Origin: Nannocystis bainbridge
GTDB lineage: Bacteria; Myxococcota_A; Polyangia; Nannocystales; Nannocystaceae
Direction of reading: 5' to 3'
NCBI RefSeq assembly: GCF_028368995.1
Contig: NZ_JAQNDL010000001.1
Location: 3,232,001-3,296,000, forward strand
Length of the DNA: 64,000 bases
How positions within the stretch are numbered: position 1 is the first letter of the stretch; every line of letters starts with the position of its first letter. Shown here one piece after another: positions 1 to 11,524 of the stretch. The notes under the pieces are model-generated. The model saw only the letters and a program-made list of their open reading frames with translations. It was not told the origin of the DNA and searched no databases. A program made the translations under genes and the position numbers.

Positions 1-339
1 ACCGCGCATCCGAACGCAGCGGCGCAGAACGGATCTTCGGCCCAAACCGCCGCATAGTCGACCTCTGTCAGCCAGTAGTATGCGACCTGCTTCAGCCTCT
101 CGACCGACAGATCGAGCAACTCGGCCGCGCGTCGCGCCGTCGCGTCGTACGATGCGACGGTTCCTCCGCAGAGCTCGAGCCCCAAGCTGTAGTGATAGTC
201 GACGAGGTCGCCATGGACGACCTCCGTCTCAGGCATCTGCTCGTGGCAAGCCGCCACCAGAGCGACCGCGAGAAGACATGTCCGGCCCTGCATCGCAGAA
301 CGTTGTACCACCCTGGCTCGGCGCGAGTGCCGCACCCAG

Positions 340-1647
340 TCAGTTCGTCACCAAGGACAGTACTCCGAGAGTCCCCTCATGGGTGTAGCTCATCGTGAGC
401 GACAAGACGTCGTCTCGGAGCGTACCGGAGAGCTGTTCGACTTGAATCATGGACAGCAGGGGCCCGACATCGGGAACTGGAATGTCCAGGATACTCGCAC
501 CTTCCGCCCAGCCCCGTAGAACCGCCGAATCCAGGGGGAATGTCACGGACCCTCGCGCAAGGTACCACTCACCCTGCAGTTCCTCGGCGAGTTGGAAGTC
601 CGCGCCCCAAATCTCATAAGAGTACTGCGCACCCGCCGCATCGGTGTAGATACCGATCACCGGTGTACTGTGCATTTCCATCGCGTCGATCACGAGATCG
701 CACTTCGTCGCAGTGCAATTCTCTGCCTTCATGGCCAGATATCCCTGAAGACCAGTCTGCGACGAACTTCCTCCATCCGAACCGGCAACACTGAGCGTCG
801 CCGTGAAGCTCTTGATCGACGAGTCGCCGCCCCACACGGGCATCACGTAATTGCAGAATGCTTTCCCGTCGTCCGGGTCATGGAGATGGACATGCGAGTC
901 GAAGAAGGTTGTACTGCAGTCCCAGGTGTCTTGCTCCGGGAGAACGCTCTCATCCGAGAACAGACCGTCTTCACGGTTCTTGCGCTCCATCGCGCAGTCC
1001 ATTGCACACTCCATAGCAGCTTCCGATTTCGTGCCCATCCCACATGGAATCGCCGTTCCTAATTCCTGCCAGCACTTGCGGTGGTTTGCGGGATCCGCAA
1101 GGGCTTCTGCGCGCTTCATGGCATCCGTCATTTCATCGGTCTTCATGAAGTAGAAACACATGTCTCTGGCGCCAATTTCAAGATTCTCATCCCACTTACA
1201 ATACCAGGTCCCCGATTCCTCGGGCCCTTCGGTCTCGGTGCCTCCCGTCTCGCTGCCGCCGTCGCTGGTCGTGGGGTCGTTGTTCGGCAAGCTTGGAGGA
1301 TGGGAATTCTCGGCACAAGGCGTGATAATTTGCGCCTCGTTGTACCAATCGCAGGAGGCGCCATATTCAGCGTTCCACCCCCCGGGAACATCTTGTGGAT
1401 AATGGCCGAAATAATGATAAGCACACAGTTCCTCCTCGGTGTACCCTCCTCCATAGCCACACAAATGCGGCACGCAGAGCAGGTTTCCATCACAACTCAG
1501 CCATTTGGCCGTGAATGCATCGCCTGTCGCCGAGTCGGTTCCCCACCCCAGGGGACATCCGTCACAGCCATCACACGAGGCTGCAGCCATCGAGATTGTT
1601 ACGAATGCGAGCATGCGACGAGTTAAGAACCAGCGAGATGATGCCAT
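340..1647 (-). CDS. Cys-rich secreted protein/lipoprotein, unknown function
   Basis: 435-aa ORF with signal-like N-terminus (MLAFVTISMAAASC), many Cys/Trp and a Ser/Thr/Gly/Glu linker; DNA is visibly less GC-rich than the rest of the window. Confidence 0.7.
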   Translation of the reverse strand: MASSRWFLTRRMLAFVTISMAAASCDGCDGCPLGWGTDSATGDAFTAKWLSCDGNLLCVPHLCGYGGGYTEEELCAYHYFGHYPQDVPGGWNAEYGASCDWYNEAQIITPCAENSHPPSLPNNDPTTSDGGSETGGTETEGPEESGTWYCKWDENLEIGARDMCFYFMKTDEMTDAMKRAEALADPANHRKCWQELGTAIPCGMGTKSEAAMECAMDCAMERKNREDGLFSDESVLPEQDTWDCSTTFFDSHVHLHDPDDGKAFCNYVMPVWGGDSSIKSFTATLSVAGSDGGSSSQTGLQGYLAMKAENCTATKCDLVIDAMEMHSTPVIGIYTDAAGAQYSYEIWGADFQLAEELQGEWYLARGSVTFPLDSAVLRGWAEGASILDIPVPDVGPLLSMIQVEQLSGTLRDDVLSLTMSYTHEGTLGVLSLVTN

Positions 1648-1766
1648 GAGTCACTTCTACATCATATGATGTCTCTCTGTCAGCATGAACTCCGTGCCGA
1701 TTCAGTGGGTCGGCACACGGGGGCTTCGCTGAGTTCTCGTCGCGAGGGCTGAAGATTCGTTTTCGG

Positions 1767-2126
1767 TTGCGAGCTCCCGGCTTCTGTGCCAACTACGTCA
1801 CAGACCGAGACTGTAGCAATATCGCTCGCCCTGTATCCGACATCTGCGACCGGGGAAAAGCTCGGCGACTTCTCCAACGCTCGCAAGTACCTCGACCAGT
1901 ATCGGGCCTTCGCGCCGGACCCCAGACTCTCTATGAGTTCGACGACCCCACGTGTGGACGCGGCGTCGTCTGCATCGGCGCCGATAGCTACTTCGAAGCC
2001 TGCGCCGTCGAGTGCGACGACAACAGCGACTGCCCGCGCGAGGGCTACGAGTGCCGCATCATGCCGACCCTCGGCGTGCCCGACGACCCCAAATTCTGCC
2101 TCATGACCGACGCCCACGAGTTCTAG
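1767..2126 (+). CDS. Small Cys-rich protein or 3' gene remnant
   Basis: C-terminal half (CGRGVVC...CAVECDDNSDCPREGYEC...FC) has host-like GC3 codons and myxobacterial Cys-repeat character; the start is poor and the 5' half is atypical. Confidence 0.4.
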   Translation: MRAPGFCANYVTDRDCSNIARPVSDICDRGKARRLLQRSQVPRPVSGLRAGPQTLYEFDDPTCGRGVVCIGADSYFEACAVECDDNSDCPREGYECRIMPTLGVPDDPKFCLMTDAHEF

Positions 2127-2409
2127 TGGATGCCTCCCTGCACCGGTCGGCGGCCCGCTGCAGGCCGATGCCACGAGCTGCACGCCGCGCATGCCGGGAC
2201 GCAGCTCGCCCCGTCCGTGAGCAGCCCGCACGGCGCCGGCCTCGCGCTGGCAGTGACTTCCAAGCTCTTGGTGTGGAAGTTAGCGCCACGCTCAGCGAGT
2301 CGTCGACGACGAGCGGTGATGGGGCAGAGCGCTGGCGCACCTGCAAGAGCGCGCGAGACATGCGCTGCCGCCGATGAAAATGCCCGCGGCCGGCGCTATA
2401 CTGCCAGCG

Positions 2410-3495
2410 ATGCGGCGCCTCGCGCTCACGATCCTCACGCTCGCGGCTTGCAACGACCGCGACGGGCAGGGTTCGGGCTTCAGCACCAGCATCACCACCG
2501 CGCCGCAGAGCACCTCGACTTCATCCTCGTCCAGCGGCGAAGCTTCATCATCGTCGACATCCTCGGCAGGCACGAGCGAGGGCTCGACCGCCGCCGCCTC
2601 GACTGGTTCGACCACCGCGAGCGGCGTCCCCGACTTCGGCATGACCCCTGACGGCGGCGACGGCCCCCCGCCCGGCTGCAAGGGCAAGGTCGACTTCCTG
2701 TTCACGATCAGCGGCTCGTGGACGATGGCGCCCAAGCAAGCGCGGCTCAAGGCCAGCTTCCCCGGCTTCATCGACACGCTCGAGAGCGAGTTCGCCGACT
2801 TCGACTATCACATCCTGTCCGCCAACACGGCCCCCTTCTGGGGCTATCCGAGCTGCGCGGGCTGTCAGGACACCTGCGCCGAGCTGCCCGAATTCCCGTG
2901 CGGCGTGGCGCCGCAGCCGTGCGACCTCGTCCGCGGCGCCGGCATGACCTACCCGATCGGCAAGGACGCCAGCAACAAGCGCTGCCAGCTCGACAGCGGC
3001 CTCCGCTACATCACCGCCGGTCAGCCCGACCTCGAGGACGCGTTCACCTGCATCGCCTCGATGGGCACCAACGGCTCCGATCTGGTCGCACAAGTCACCG
3101 TGGCGGCCCTCGCCGAAGAGCTGAACGAAGCGCCGGGCGCCTGCAACGAGGGCTTCCTCCGCGATGACGCGCTGCTCGTCGTCGTCGCCATCCAGGACAC
3201 CTACGACGACCAGGACAGCGAGGGCACTCCGAAGGACTGGCGAGACGCCCTGGTGGAAGCGAAGGGCGGCGACGCCGACGCCGTGGTCCTCCTCGTGATC
3301 TCGACCGATGTCGACGATCCCGAGGGCCTGTGCGGCTACCATCCGCAAGGTGTCGAGCACGAGCTGCGCACCTGGACCGAGCTCATGCAGCCCAATGCCC
3401 TGTTCGGCTCGATCTGCGCCCCGGGCTATGGCGACTACTTCGCCACCATCGCCACGATGATCAAGGCGCAGTGCGACGTGTTCGTGCCGCAGTGA
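2410..3495 (+). CDS. Lipoprotein with Ser/Thr linker and vWA-like Cys-rich domain (paralog of 43691-44779)
   Basis: Lipobox LAAC, S/T-rich linker, GCKGKVDFLFTISGS (degenerate MIDAS-like strand), CNEGFLRDDALLVVV; ATG 2410 preferred over 2374. Confidence 0.8.
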   Translation: MRRLALTILTLAACNDRDGQGSGFSTSITTAPQSTSTSSSSSGEASSSSTSSAGTSEGSTAAASTGSTTASGVPDFGMTPDGGDGPPPGCKGKVDFLFTISGSWTMAPKQARLKASFPGFIDTLESEFADFDYHILSANTAPFWGYPSCAGCQDTCAELPEFPCGVAPQPCDLVRGAGMTYPIGKDASNKRCQLDSGLRYITAGQPDLEDAFTCIASMGTNGSDLVAQVTVAALAEELNEAPGACNEGFLRDDALLVVVAIQDTYDDQDSEGTPKDWRDALVEAKGGDADAVVLLVISTDVDDPEGLCGYHPQGVEHELRTWTELMQPNALFGSICAPGYGDYFATIATMIKAQCDVFVPQ

Positions 3496-3499
3496 AGCC

Positions 3500-5248
3500 C
3501 TACGGGTAGAGGCGCAGCGCGAAGGCCCGCGGCTGCAACGCGGCGAACTCGCTGCCCACCACGTACGTGTGGCCCCACGGGTCGACCGCCAGGCCCGCGG
3601 CCTCGTCGGGCCCCTGTCCCGGTCCGTTGCGGATCACCTGCCACGTCGGCGCTCCGACTGCCCCGGGCACGGCGAAGATCCAGGCGTTGGCGTCGGTCTT
3701 CGGCTGCTGCACCGCCCCGGCGATCACGATCTTGCCCTCTCGATCCTCACCGACCGCGAAGCCGACGGCATCGTTCGCTGGCGTCGGCTCGATCCGCATC
3801 GCCACCATCTCGCCCTCGGCCGAGAACCAGCGCGTCATCACCTGTCGGATCGAGCCCTTGTCGCGGGCCCAGCCGACGGTCACGAAGCCTCCGGCGCCCA
3901 GCGGTGCGACGGCCATCGCCCCGTCCTCGTCCAGCTGTTCGCCCGGCGAGGTCCACTCCGCGAGCGGCTCTCCGTCCAACGTGTGGCGCAGAACCACAGT
4001 CCGCTGGACGAAAGCCTGAGCGAGACTCTTGATCTCACGCTCGCCGACCACGACGACCTCGTCGCCGACGATCGCCACCCCACGCGCGACCTCGTCGCGC
4101 AGGTTCTGGGGATCCTCCACAGCCGCCATCGCGAACGAGCGCGACGCGACGATCTCTCCGGTGTCCGCCGCGACCCACCAGACCCGGAGGTCATGCGTCC
4201 CCGCGCCGGTCGTCAGCGATCCCGCGAGCACGAGCGTATCCCCGACCACCGCGAGCGCGTGGACCGACGTCTTGGCCGGCCCGGACCACACGGGACCCTT
4301 CGGCTCGCCGAACACCACCCGCGACACGGCCCAGCGCGTCGTCGGCCCGCTCGGTTGTGTCCACGCCACGAACGTCGCATCACCACCGACCGCCACCGCC
4401 GGCCCACGACCACCGCCGCTCGCTGCCACCGGGCCGAGCACGATCGGCCCGCCCTGCGGCAGCCCCGTCGTCCCGTCGATCCGCACCGCCACCGCCTCGA
4501 TCCCCTGATTCGTCTCGAAGAAGCCTGCCGTGTCGATCCCGTGCTTGCGCAGCGCCGCACTCGTAAAACCGCTGATCGGCCCCGCCTGCACGAAGGGCGT
4601 CCACGCGTCGCTGCCGCCGGGCTGCACGTCGATCATCAGCGGCGCCTCGCCCTCACCGACCCCGCCGTCGGCCGCGTGTGCCACGGCGCGGATCGTGTGC
4701 GGACCATCGCCCGGGGCCGCTTCAGAAGTCACCTCGAGCACGTGCAAGGGAGCTGTCGGCGCAGCCGCGAGCACCAGCGGCACATCGCCATCATAGAGAT
4801 CGATCGAGGTGACCGGCCGCGACGTCGAGACCGAGATCTGCACCTCGCCGACGGCGAGCGCCGGCGACGGGCTCACGAACACCTCGACCTCGATCGGAAG
4901 CACCTCCTCCCCGCCCGAGCCCGGCCCCTCGCCCGTGCCGCCCCAAGTTGTCGTCATCGTCACGCTCGACGTACTCGCGGTGCCACCCCAGGTCGTCGTC
5001 ATCGTGCTCGCGGTGCCGCCACCGGACCCGTTCTCGCTCTCACCGGAGCCGCTCGCGGCGCCCGACGATCCGGTCGAGCAGGCGTCGACCTCGGTGCAGC
5101 CGCTGGTGGATTCAGCCGAGGACGTGGCGTCCGTGCTCGGAAACAGCGCCTGGCCGCGATCCCACACGTCGTTGAAGCAACCGCTCGAGGACAGGACCAG
5201 CCCGCAAGCGAGCAGCGAGGAGCATGGCGCGGGGAGCTTCGGGGACAT
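3500..5248 (-). CDS. Lipoprotein with Ig-like domain and beta-propeller-like C-terminus (paralog of 44780-46474)
   Basis: Signal/lipobox (LVLSSSGC), S/T/G linker, HTIRAVAHAADG Ig-like strand, repeated beta-blade-like segments (DEVARGVA, DEAAGLAVD); ORF track allows start 5287. Confidence 0.75.
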   Translation of the reverse strand: MSPKLPAPCSSLLACGLVLSSSGCFNDVWDRGQALFPSTDATSSAESTSGCTEVDACSTGSSGAASGSGESENGSGGGTASTMTTTWGGTASTSSVTMTTTWGGTGEGPGSGGEEVLPIEVEVFVSPSPALAVGEVQISVSTSRPVTSIDLYDGDVPLVLAAAPTAPLHVLEVTSEAAPGDGPHTIRAVAHAADGGVGEGEAPLMIDVQPGGSDAWTPFVQAGPISGFTSAALRKHGIDTAGFFETNQGIEAVAVRIDGTTGLPQGGPIVLGPVAASGGGRGPAVAVGGDATFVAWTQPSGPTTRWAVSRVVFGEPKGPVWSGPAKTSVHALAVVGDTLVLAGSLTTGAGTHDLRVWWVAADTGEIVASRSFAMAAVEDPQNLRDEVARGVAIVGDEVVVVGEREIKSLAQAFVQRTVVLRHTLDGEPLAEWTSPGEQLDEDGAMAVAPLGAGGFVTVGWARDKGSIRQVMTRWFSAEGEMVAMRIEPTPANDAVGFAVGEDREGKIVIAGAVQQPKTDANAWIFAVPGAVGAPTWQVIRNGPGQGPDEAAGLAVDPWGHTYVVGSEFAALQPRAFALRLYP

Positions 5249-5443
5249 CGGGGGCCTCGTGGGGCATTGGCGCAAAAACGCGCACAAAATGCAAGCCCCG
5301 CCCAGACGCCGCCAGAACCCTGCCTACGGGCCCCCGGGCGACGTGCCAGGGGCGGACCTCCTCGGCGAATGGGCCGCGGCGCACCCGATGATCGGCCCCA
5401 GCGTGGCCATGCGGATCTCCGCCCGACGCGCGAGCGCCACGTC

Positions 5444-5508
5444 GACATGGCCATGAGAGCATGTCCATTCGGACATGCCCTTTTAGACATGATGCATCGA
5501 ACATGTCC
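5444..5508. repeat. 14-bp-period CATG array (TGTC-N6-GACA family)
   Basis: CATG at 5446, 5460, 5474, 5488, 5502. Confidence 0.9.
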
Positions 5509-5575
5509 TCTGACCCATCGCGTCGTACTCTACCCGGACTGCGGCGGGACCTCTTCGCCTGTTCGGTGACTGTCG

Positions 5576-5862
5576 CAGCAGCGGCCGCGGGCGGCTCCAG
5601 ATCCGGCGGCGCCAATCGAGCCGAATCAGCGCTCCCGTTCGAACAGCGGCAGCGGCGGCTCCAGCTCCGGCGGCGCCAGTCAAGCCGACTCAGCGCTCCC
5701 GCACAGCGGCGGCCTCTGCTCATGCGGCGCCAGTCGAGCCGACTCAGCGCGCCCGCTCGAACAGCGGCAGCGGCTCCTGCTCCTGCGACACGCTCGAGCC
5801 GAATCAGCGCTCCCGTTCGAACAGCGGCAGCGGCGGCTCCAGCTCCTGCGGCGCCAGATAAG
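5576..5862. repeat. Degenerate ~55-63 bp tandem repeat derived from the 3' end of gene 5804-7828
   Basis: tcagcgc(t/g)cccg...acagcggc...gcc starts at 5626, 5689, 5743 and 5804 (the gene's own stop); partial copy at 5576. Confidence 0.85.
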
Positions 5863-7828
5863 CCCCGTCGACCACCACGAACCTCGTCGTCGTCGCCCCA
5901 CGCTCGTTGTCCGTGTACTCGACCTCGAGCCGCTCTCCGCCGTCCTCCGTCACGAACCGGCACCGGGCCGCGCGCAGTTGTCCCGCCGCCGTCACCGAAT
6001 TGCAGACCTCGCCGCGCATCAGCAGCGCATCGCTGCCGGGCGACAGGCGGACATCGAAGTGGCGGCGGTCGACCAGCCGGCTCATGCGCGCATCGACCTC
6101 ATAAAAACGATCGGCGTCGACGAACGCCACCTCGATCGGCAGCTCGCGCAACGGGCGACGCGCCACCCACCAGCCCTCCGGCGCCGGCGACAGCGCGTAC
6201 TCGCCTTCGTCTGCGTCCCCTTCGATGCGCAGCCGCTCTCCCTTCGCCGAGATCGTCCAGCGCACGGGCGGCTGGCCTTCGCGCTTCGACCACGTGCCCG
6301 TCAGCGCCGCGCCCCTCTGCTTCGCCTCGCTCGCCGTCGGCGGCCTCGGCTTCGGCATCGGCTCGCGCACCGCGTCCGACCACGCGCTCACCAGCGCCGC
6401 CGGCGAACACGCGCGATCGGCCTCGAGCATCACCGGCGTCATCGCCGTGCACAGCCGCTGCGCCAGCGGCTGCGACGCGCACCGCACGACCTTCTCGCGG
6501 CTCTTCTGCAGGTAGTGGAGCCGCGCCACCGCGTCGGTCGGTGCTCCCGCGAACGCCAGCGCCGGCACCATCTCGTCCCATGTTCGCTCGGCCGCGAACT
6601 GGCACTGTCCCTCCGCGGTGAACGGCCCGGCGCGGCGGTCGCGATGCACCGCCTTGCGAGCGGCCAACCCGTCCGCGTACTGCTTCGCGACCACCAGCTC
6701 GCCCGCGAGTTCGCCGTCGAAGCCGAACGGATCGGTCGTGCCCTTGCAGACCACGCGCGGGGGCAAGAACGCCTCGCGGACCTCGCACGTCGCGGGCTCC
6801 GGTCGCCAGCGCCGATCCGGGTCCACCTTCCAGCGCACGCTGGTCCCGTCGGCCGCGCGCATGAACACCCCGCCGCTGTCACACACCAGCAGCTCGCCGC
6901 CGGCGCCGCGCCAGCCGCCGGCGACCTCGTAGACCGCGCCGCCGCGCGCCACCACGTTGCGATACGACCAGCCGGCCGGCTCGCCAGGCGCGCTGCGCAG
7001 CAGCAGCAGGCACGGCGCGATCAACTCGAACGGCTCTCGCGCCCCGTCAAGCCGCACCCGCACCGCGCCTTCGACCAGGCCGCCGTCGATCAGGTGACCT
7101 TCGAGCGTCGCCGCGATCGCTGCGAGGTCCTCGCCGAGCGCCAGCGGCGACGACCGCGACGCCGGCACCCGCAGCTCGGCGACGACAGCCTGCGGCGCCA
7201 GCTCCTTCCACGTCGGATCCATCGCAGCGGCGCGGAAGCAGACGTCGATCCCCGGCCTCGCCGCGAACTGGGCGCACACGACGAAGCCCGCCGGCTGCCA
7301 GCTGTGCTCCGGCTCCCCGTAGACCGCTCGCACGCGCTCCAGCGTCGTGCCGACGCCCACGCCCTCCGCGGTGGTCGGCACCGGCCCGACCGCCCGCAGC
7401 GACGCCACGCGCATCTGGGCCGGGTCGACGTCGGCCACGACCTGCGGCTGACCGTCCTGCGCGAGCGTCCAGGTCCCGCTGACGCGGAAGGTGATCGGTC
7501 TGGGCGCGCCGTCCTGCACGAAGGAAGCGCTGCCTTGTGAGCCGTTCGCCTGCAGGCCCAGCGCGGCGAGCTCCGCGTCGCGCATACCGAGGCGCAGCGG
7601 TCCCACGCCGTGCTCGTCGACTTCGTGCGGCCCGCGAGCACGCGCCGCCGCCGACGCGGGCGTCGATGCAGACGCGGGAGACGATGCCGTCGACGCGGGC
7701 GTCGGTGATGAAGCGGGAGACCTTGCCGCGTGCGCCGGCTGCGAGGCCGCGAGCGGCCCTTCCACGTGCGGAGCCGACGCCTCGCAAGCGAGGGCCAGCA
7801 GGATCGCAAGAGAAGCGAAGCGTCGCAT
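5804..7828 (-). CDS. Hypothetical lipoprotein
   Basis: 674-aa ORF, MRRFASLAILLALAC lipobox, Ala/Ser/Pro linker, host-like codon usage. Confidence 0.75.
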   Translation of the reverse strand: MRRFASLAILLALACEASAPHVEGPLAASQPAHAARSPASSPTPASTASSPASASTPASAAARARGPHEVDEHGVGPLRLGMRDAELAALGLQANGSQGSASFVQDGAPRPITFRVSGTWTLAQDGQPQVVADVDPAQMRVASLRAVGPVPTTAEGVGVGTTLERVRAVYGEPEHSWQPAGFVVCAQFAARPGIDVCFRAAAMDPTWKELAPQAVVAELRVPASRSSPLALGEDLAAIAATLEGHLIDGGLVEGAVRVRLDGAREPFELIAPCLLLLRSAPGEPAGWSYRNVVARGGAVYEVAGGWRGAGGELLVCDSGGVFMRAADGTSVRWKVDPDRRWRPEPATCEVREAFLPPRVVCKGTTDPFGFDGELAGELVVAKQYADGLAARKAVHRDRRAGPFTAEGQCQFAAERTWDEMVPALAFAGAPTDAVARLHYLQKSREKVVRCASQPLAQRLCTAMTPVMLEADRACSPAALVSAWSDAVREPMPKPRPPTASEAKQRGAALTGTWSKREGQPPVRWTISAKGERLRIEGDADEGEYALSPAPEGWWVARRPLRELPIEVAFVDADRFYEVDARMSRLVDRRHFDVRLSPGSDALLMRGEVCNSVTAAGQLRAARCRFVTEDGGERLEVEYTDNERGATTTRFVVVDGAYLAPQELEPPLPLFERER

Positions 7829-7969
7829 CGGCTCGCCCCAGCTTCGCCGATTTTACGCCCGAGACCGAGCCCACCTGCCGCGAACCGGCGATTCCGCTCG
7901 GGCTTCCCCCTCTTCGCACCGCCAGGAATTCACCCGCCGCTGTCGCCCCGCCGAACATCGTCTCCGAGC

Positions 7970-8047
7970 GGCATGCCCCGAAGAACATGCCCGACAGCAC
8001 ATGCCCCGTGGGACACGTCCCGAGGGACATGCCCTCGCGGACATGTC
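7970..8047. repeat. 14-bp-period CATG array, six units
   Basis: CATG at 7972, 7986, 8000, (CACG 8014), 8028, 8042. Confidence 0.9.
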
Positions 8048-9634
<1,587 letters not shown>

Positions 9635-9787
9635 CTTCAGCTCCCGGCGCTCTTCAGCCTACACGAGGAAACCAAGTCGGCGAGCCCGCCGCAAAAAATC
9701 CGCGCCCCGCCGCCGTCCTCGCCGACCGTCCTGAACCGTATGCCAGCGGCGATGGAGCCACGATTGCGGACGTTTGCCCCGCCTGGC

Positions 9788-11260
9788 TCACATCTCCTCC
9801 ATCACCGTGTCGAAGCGGAACCCGCCCCCGTCGGAAACGATGGTCCAGCGGATCACCGGCGCCGTGGTCTCCTCCGTCGCCGGGTCGTAGTCCAGCTCGC
9901 CCGAGGCGCCGCTGACGTTGATGCTCCGCTTGGCCTTGAAGGCGGTCTTGATGCCGTTCCAGGTGTTCGAGACGATGTCGTAGGTCTCGCCGGCGCTGAT
10001 CTTCGTCAGCCCCTCGGCCATCGCCGGACCCTCGATCTTCTGCCCGTTCTGGAAGAACGACCAGGCCGCGCCGTAGATGGCCAGCCAGGTCGCGTCGTAG
10101 GTGTGCGACGCGTACGAGGCGTCCATCGCCTTCTCGGGGAAGGTCGCGTCGTAGGTGGTGTTGAAGAACTGATAGACCTTGCGCGCCGTCGGCTCGCCGG
10201 GGAACACGCCGCGGACGTTGGGGTACAGCCCGGCCGCCTTGGTCTGGGTCTGTGTGATCACGTCGACGTTGTAGGCCGTGTCACCGAAGAAGATCTTGAC
10301 CGCGGGGTCGGCATAAAACGGGTTGGCGCCGGCCGCATTGAGGAAGCTCGTGACCTGGGCGACGTCCGAGGCGATGAAGACGATGGCGAAGTCCTCGGGC
10401 CCGGCGTGCTGGTTGGCGATCTCGACGACCTTGCTCGGGATCTCGCTCGGGCTCTGGTACTCGTCGAGGGTGATCGTGGCGCCGAAGTTCTTCTGCAGCT
10501 CGATCGCCAGGCCCTTGCCGTAGGTGTTGCCCTCGTAGACGACGACGGCGTCGCTGACGGCCTCGTCCTCCATGTACTGGGCCAGCTTGGCGCCGAGCAC
10601 CGAGTCCGGCGGCGCGGTGCGCCAGAACAGCCCCGGCTTGTCAGGGTCGATGTCGCTGAGGCTGGGGCTGGTCGCCGAGGGCGAGATGATCAGCGTGCGC
10701 TCGGCGTGCTCCGCCTTGGCCAGCTCCTTGTAGACGGCCTCGGCCAGGCCCGAGGTGCCGGGCCCGACGATCGCCGGCGTGCCCAGCTCGTCGACCAGGT
10801 ACTTCGCCGCCGCCACCGCGGCCTCTTCGGCGGTGAGGTCGTCGATGCTGGGGTCCTGCTGGTAGTCGCAGTGGACGATGGCGAAGTTGCGGCCGCCGAG
10901 GCCGCTCTTGTTGGCCTCCATCACCGCGAGGGTGGCCGCGTTGACGAGGATCCGGTCGCCGGTGGTCTCGGTGTGGTCGAACAGCGAGCCGAACACGATG
11001 AGGTCGCGGGACTTGTCCGGGGCCTCGAACAGGTCGACGGGGTACACCTCGTCGCAGCGCTCGAACACCTCCGCCTTCTCGCACAGCTGCTGCTCCCCGC
11101 AGGCGTACCCGAGCCCGAAAGCACCCCGGCAGTCGGCGCTGCTCGAGCAGGGCGCGTAGTCGACGCTGGAGACCGCCGAACAGCCGAGAATCGCCGCGAC
11201 CGCGGCCCCCAACACAGGCGGGCCGGCGCGACGAGAGAGGAGGTGCTGCATCGGCGGCAT
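9788..11260 (-). CDS. Periplasmic binding protein type 1 (LivJ/K-like) lipoprotein with Cys-rich N-terminus
   Basis: AIVGPGTSG, LIISPSATSPSL, FWRTAPPD, YGKGL, YDATWL, GASGELDYD motifs; lipobox ILGC. Confidence 0.85.
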   Translation of the reverse strand: MPPMQHLLSRRAGPPVLGAAVAAILGCSAVSSVDYAPCSSSADCRGAFGLGYACGEQQLCEKAEVFERCDEVYPVDLFEAPDKSRDLIVFGSLFDHTETTGDRILVNAATLAVMEANKSGLGGRNFAIVHCDYQQDPSIDDLTAEEAAVAAAKYLVDELGTPAIVGPGTSGLAEAVYKELAKAEHAERTLIISPSATSPSLSDIDPDKPGLFWRTAPPDSVLGAKLAQYMEDEAVSDAVVVYEGNTYGKGLAIELQKNFGATITLDEYQSPSEIPSKVVEIANQHAGPEDFAIVFIASDVAQVTSFLNAAGANPFYADPAVKIFFGDTAYNVDVITQTQTKAAGLYPNVRGVFPGEPTARKVYQFFNTTYDATFPEKAMDASYASHTYDATWLAIYGAAWSFFQNGQKIEGPAMAEGLTKISAGETYDIVSNTWNGIKTAFKAKRSINVSGASGELDYDPATEETTAPVIRWTIVSDGGGFRFDTVMEEM

Positions 11261-11447
11261 CTTATGCCAAAAAACCAGCGTCTTCCCACCTCGCCACCGT
11301 GACCCGGCACGCACGACCGTCAACCGTTTTACGGGCAACATCCGTGTTTACACCGTCGCGGACGGCTGCTCCCGTGGCCTTTGAGCCCCCGGCGGCGCGA
11401 GCGCGCGCACACGGGCGGCCGGCACGAACCGGGGCCGCGAGCCCTGT

Positions 11448-11524
11448 CGCCTGGCCTCGAGGGCATGTCGCGAAGGGCATGTCACGGAGGACATGTCAGA
11501 AGGGACATGCCCTCAGGGCCAGGC
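11448..11524. repeat. 14-bp-period CATG array
   Basis: CATG at 11464, 11478, 11492, 11506, with in-phase CCTG 11450 and CAGG 11520. Confidence 0.9.

Noticed and set aside
5576-5862. DGR template/variable repeat pair (also considered for 15564-15740)
   Set aside because: Differences are not adenine-specific and include indels, the 15564 copy is identical, and the RT is retron-type rather than DGR-type
11461-11512. Resemblance of GGACATGTCC-like units to p53 half-sites, CRP/FNR boxes or parS
   Set aside because: p53 similarity is coincidental in a bacterium; spacing here is TGT-N8-ACA, not the TGT-N10-ACA of CRP or parS
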